A stretch of 64,000 nucleotides of DNA from Octopus vulgaris. Lineage: Eukaryota. The stretch is taken from assembly GCA_951406725.2 (NCBI GenBank), contig OX597816.1, positions 143,902,001 through 143,966,000 on the forward strand. The letters are read 5' to 3'. This document shows positions 62,583-64,000 of this stretch, piece by piece. How positions within the stretch are numbered: the first letter of the stretch is position 1; the number at the start of each line of letters is the position of its first letter. Made by a program: the position numbers and the translations under genes. Below the pieces are notes generated by a model. The model searched no databases. It saw nothing but the letters and a program-made list of their open reading frames with translations, and had not been told where the DNA came from.

Positions 62583-64000
62583 TTTCTTTATTGGCCACAA
62601 GTGCCAAAACACAAAACAAATAGAGACAATACAATACAAGGGACAAGTGGGGTGTTGAACAATGACGAGTATAGAATGAATAGCAATAACAACAAGAAAC
62701 TTCTAATAACGAAAATCCCCAGTGGGGGGAGTTCCACCACAGCCAACTAAAGTATCCCACGCATCCTGGTCACCCCGACCGCCAAGAGCACCTCAGACAG
62801 GCACCCCTCTTCCCCTCAAAATACAGGCGTATGTTCAGAGTGGGCTCATTCACACGGGCCGTCTTCACCACATTCACCCACCTCTCAACTAAAAAAACTA
62901 GTGGAATGGAGGGAAGAACTTTCTTCTCTAACCTCACCTTTTCAAGTGGAACTTGAAAAAGTCGATGAGGGTTTGGCCGAAGAGGAAACAATCTGCCTTT
63001 AGTCCATTCAATCTCGTCCACCATAGTCACTAGTCAGAGGAAAACTGCTTTTCCTTCTCGGCCAAAGTAAGGCGGCGGGTCGATCTTCAGAGTTCCCCGG
63101 TAGCACTGACAGGCCACGGATTTCTGGAAGTTATCCATAGGCCCTGACCCGAAAGTCCTCCGAAAAAGACCAGTTAGTTGATCCCTGCCAACTCCCAGAA
63201 CTTCCCCGAAAATGTCTTCGCTCTTGCCCACCACTAATCCCCTATAGAACTCCATCGTCGAACTTCCACCGACTGCGTTGCCCGACTGCCAGAAAGCTGT
63301 GAACGTTTGCCGACAATTCAAGTGCCAAATGCCCTTTCCTGGTTTACGCTTGATCCAGGACTGTAGCCCCGTCAATAACACGAGCTTCGAAAAATCCCGC
63401 CTGAGAGACGGCGATGACACATGCTCACCGTTAAGAAAACGCTGGATATGTCACAATCTTAGCGCATGTCTGCGCATCATTAGCCACGGCATGCCCAGTC
63501 CTCCACGACGAGCAGAACATTTCCCTTCCACAGAAAGCGGAAGCGCAAGCGCTCCAGCTTGATCAGGCACTAAGTGGGGCCAGGGACGACGGTCAGGTGA
63601 TAGTAGATGGCGGAAGTGATGTACGCATTCGCCACCTCTATCCGACCCTTCAGGGACCGCTTCCTCTCTACTCATTTCTGAGTGAGACTGGCCACCCTAC
63701 TCGTCACCTCCCCCAAGTTCTTGTTCACCTGAAGGTCTGTACCAAACCAAACCCCAAGCAATTTAACCGGTCCTTCCCTCCAGCGCCATACAACGCTGTC
63801 GGTTGACAGGGAACTGCCTTTACAGCTGCAGGCTCACTGACTTCTCCCTGTTAATCTTTGCTCTTGTCACCGCTTCGTACTCTATTAGAGCAGTGCGGAT
63901 CACCTAGATTTCCGAGATGTCCGACATTATTACGGTGACGTCGTCCGCATAAACTACCACATCCTGGATCCAGGGGGACGCCCCTCGAAACATCCAGGCT
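62583..64000 (-). mobile_element. Degenerate L1/Tx1-like LINE 3' part (runs off the window)
   Basis: YADDVT, GGLGMPWLMMRRHALRL and MDNFQKSVACQCYRG match ORF2 at 31677; tail CTTGTGGCCAATAAAGAAA. Confidence 0.85.

Overview
Repeat-rich animal DNA with no host gene I can support. The SINE families and dense (TA)n/(CA)n/(TAC)n tracts suggest an octopus-like cephalopod genome (inference). Two young retroelements dominate. One is a near-complete Neptune-type Penelope-like element (PLE; minus strand, ~22.07-27.38 kb) with tandem pseudo-LTRs. The other is an L1/Tx1-like LINE (plus strand, 29.9-35.3 kb) with an intact 1131-aa ORF2, bounded by two 238-bp direct repeats (identical by eye) and lacking a poly(A) tail. 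Older relics include MULE, mariner, Helitron, MITE, RTE, R4/Dong-like and further Tx1-like copies. The most striking unannotated layer is a set of more than a dozen type I hammerhead-ribozyme motifs from several unrelated sequence families, some intact and some with variant or degenerate cores. They sit in short non-coding elements, mostly beside (TA)n tracts. Several of these elements are long palindromes with a hammerhead on each strand, both pointing outward. Three plus-strand hammerheads lie in series at 40.8-41.7 kb. The commonest SINE shares a ~40-nt 3' tail with the intact Tx1-like LINE. All calls were made by eye with no searches, so boundaries may be off by a few bases.
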